A stretch of DNA of 64,000 bases, taken from positions 170,750,001 through 170,814,000 of the forward strand of contig NC_086097.1 in the NCBI RefSeq assembly GCF_963921235.1, given 5' to 3'. The number at the start of each line of letters is the position of its first letter. The stretch's first letter is position 1. Shown one piece after another: positions 62,706-64,000 of this stretch. This DNA is from Mobula hypostoma (lineage: Eukaryota). Both the position numbers and the translations under genes were made by a program. The notes under the pieces were generated by a model. It saw only the letters and a list, made by a program, of their open reading frames with translations, had not been told where the DNA came from and made no database searches.

Positions 62706-63184
62706 AGACTCTGATATCCCATTATCCGATTATACAGAAATTATGATGGTTCCCGATTTGGCTCATCGCATTTTGTTTTACACATACCTATTAACTTCAC
62801 TAGGATCCTGTTTTCCACATTCCCTTTGAACTCACCATATTATGTCTCATGGCTACCCTTTAGCTGGAGTGTGGTCCCATTTCCCATGTTCCCTTTGAAT
62901 TCACTTGGTCCTGTTTCCCACATACCCTTTAAGGTCACCAGGTCTCCGCTTCCCACACTCTGTTTAAACTTTCTGGGATCACAGGGAAATTACTGTGTAA
63001 CTTCCAAAAATAAGATGGAACATCCAATAATCCAGAAAATCTGTCAGTCAGGAGCCACCAAGCCCCAAGATTGCTGGATTAATGGATTAAACTTCCAAGT
63101 TTTAATTTGAACCAGTACGTAATCTGTTACTTTCATTGAAATCCTTGAATACGTCCAAATCTAAGAAATCTTACATGGTATTGT

Positions 63185-63830
63185 CAAAGTCAAGGTTGAG
63201 TTTATTGTCATATGCATGAGTACATGTATGCACAGTTGCAATGTAAAACTTACTTATAGTAACATCATGGGCACAGGATATGAGATCTACAGTATTCACA
63301 AGAAAAACACAAAGTATGCATAAATTTTATAAGAAAGAACACAACTGGAACAAAAAAAAATTGAAGTCCCTTTTTAGGGCAAAGTGATCATGGTGTTGCT
63401 ATACTTATGTAGCGATTAGGGTTGTGCAGGTTGTTTAGAAAATTGAATGGTTGAAGGGAAGTAGCAGTTCTTGAACCTCGTGGTGTGGAACCTCAGGCTT
63501 CTTTACGTCCTGCTCGATAATAACTGCAAGAAGATGGCATGGCCTGGATGGTGGAGATCTTTGTCGATGGACATTGCCTTATTGAGGAAGTGCTTCTTGC
63601 AGTTGTCACTAATGGTGAAGAGAAATGTATCTGTGAATTATCCAGTACTCTGCATCTTCTTACATTTCTGTGTATTCAAATTGCCATACCAAATCGTGAT
63701 GCAACCAGACAGATGCTTTCAACAGTACAGCTGTAGGATTCTTTTAGCGTGTTTGATGACAACTGAACCTCCTTAACTACTTAACCACTTAAGAAAGTAA
63801 AGATATTGGCATGCCTTCCTTGTAATTGCA
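63185..63830 (-). mobile_element. Rex1/Babar-like LINE 3' fragment; similar pieces at ~31160-31630, ~48940-49320 and ~53050-53600
   Basis: rc YSCTVESICLVASRFGM.. / FLNKAMSIDKDLHHPGHAIFLQ..S.RT..SLRFHTTRFKNCYFPS.I. Confidence 0.68.
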
Positions 63831-63945
63831 TCCATGTTCTAATATCCAAGACTTTTGGCCACATTGTCTACTGACAGAAGAACATGTCTGCATAATGGTG
63901 TGATGTTGCTGTGTCCTGAAAAATGTTGTATTTGTTTCCCACCAG

Positions 63946-64000
63946 CTTCACTCTGATGTTGATCGGGGAGATGGCTCCATCAAGTACGTGCTTTCAGGAG
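63946..64000 (+). CDS. CDH7: Next coding exon of the same cadherin (EC1), truncated by the window end
   Basis: Acceptor tttgtttcccaccAG is followed by CTT CAC TCT GAT GTT GAT CGG GGA GAT GGC TCC ATC AAG TAC GTG CTT TCA GGA G = LHSDVDRGDGSIKYVLSG. This continues YVGK in phase 0. It is not in the ORF track. Confidence 0.93.

Larger units (their letters stand above)
17773..63945 (+). other. Cadherin intron, ~46.2 kb, GT..AG, phase 0
   Basis: Defined by the two in-frame exons. I saw no intervening cadherin coding sequence. Confidence 0.85.

Noticed and set aside
62710..63100. Possible Tc1/Tigger-type MITE (ccattatccg ... tggattaatgg) with internal degenerate repeats
   Set aside because: The termini and TSD are too decayed to define.
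1..64000. Prokaryotic or viral system (operon, defence island, endogenous virus)
   Set aside because: No long intact ORFs or viral hallmark genes. Recognisable coding remnants are the cadherin exons and eukaryotic transposons; only the 41-kb insert is unexplained.

Overview
Vertebrate genomic DNA. The repeat landscape (CR1 LINEs, V-domain SINEs, Penelope-like elements) suggests a cartilaginous fish, probably a ray; this is an inference. The only host gene I can support is a type II classical cadherin on the + strand, CDH7-like with CDH20-like EC1 residues. Its first coding exon is 17554-17772 (signal peptide, prodomain, [12 protein letters not shown]...YVGK). A ~46.2 kb phase-0 intron follows, and the next exon (LHSDVDRGDGSIKYVLSG...) starts at 63946 and runs off the window. 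Almost everything else is transposon-derived. There is a complete but decayed Mag-type Gypsy LTR element (4806-11897, 5-bp TSD) with four nested insertions, plus many CR1 and Rex1/Babar LINE fragments, an R4/Dong-type fragment, SINEs, and hAT and Tigger-type remnants. The most striking signal is a family of Penelope-like (GIY-YIG) retroelement ends carrying a minimal hammerhead-ribozyme motif (CTGAnGA-A-stem II-GAAA-CGTC). It occurs more than a dozen times, with stem II covariation. It repeatedly forms TSD-flanked fold-back or inverted insertions whose breakpoints lie at or in the ribozyme core, and also occurs as a 91-bp insert that is little more than the ribozyme. Boundaries of decayed repeats are approximate, and no database searches were run.
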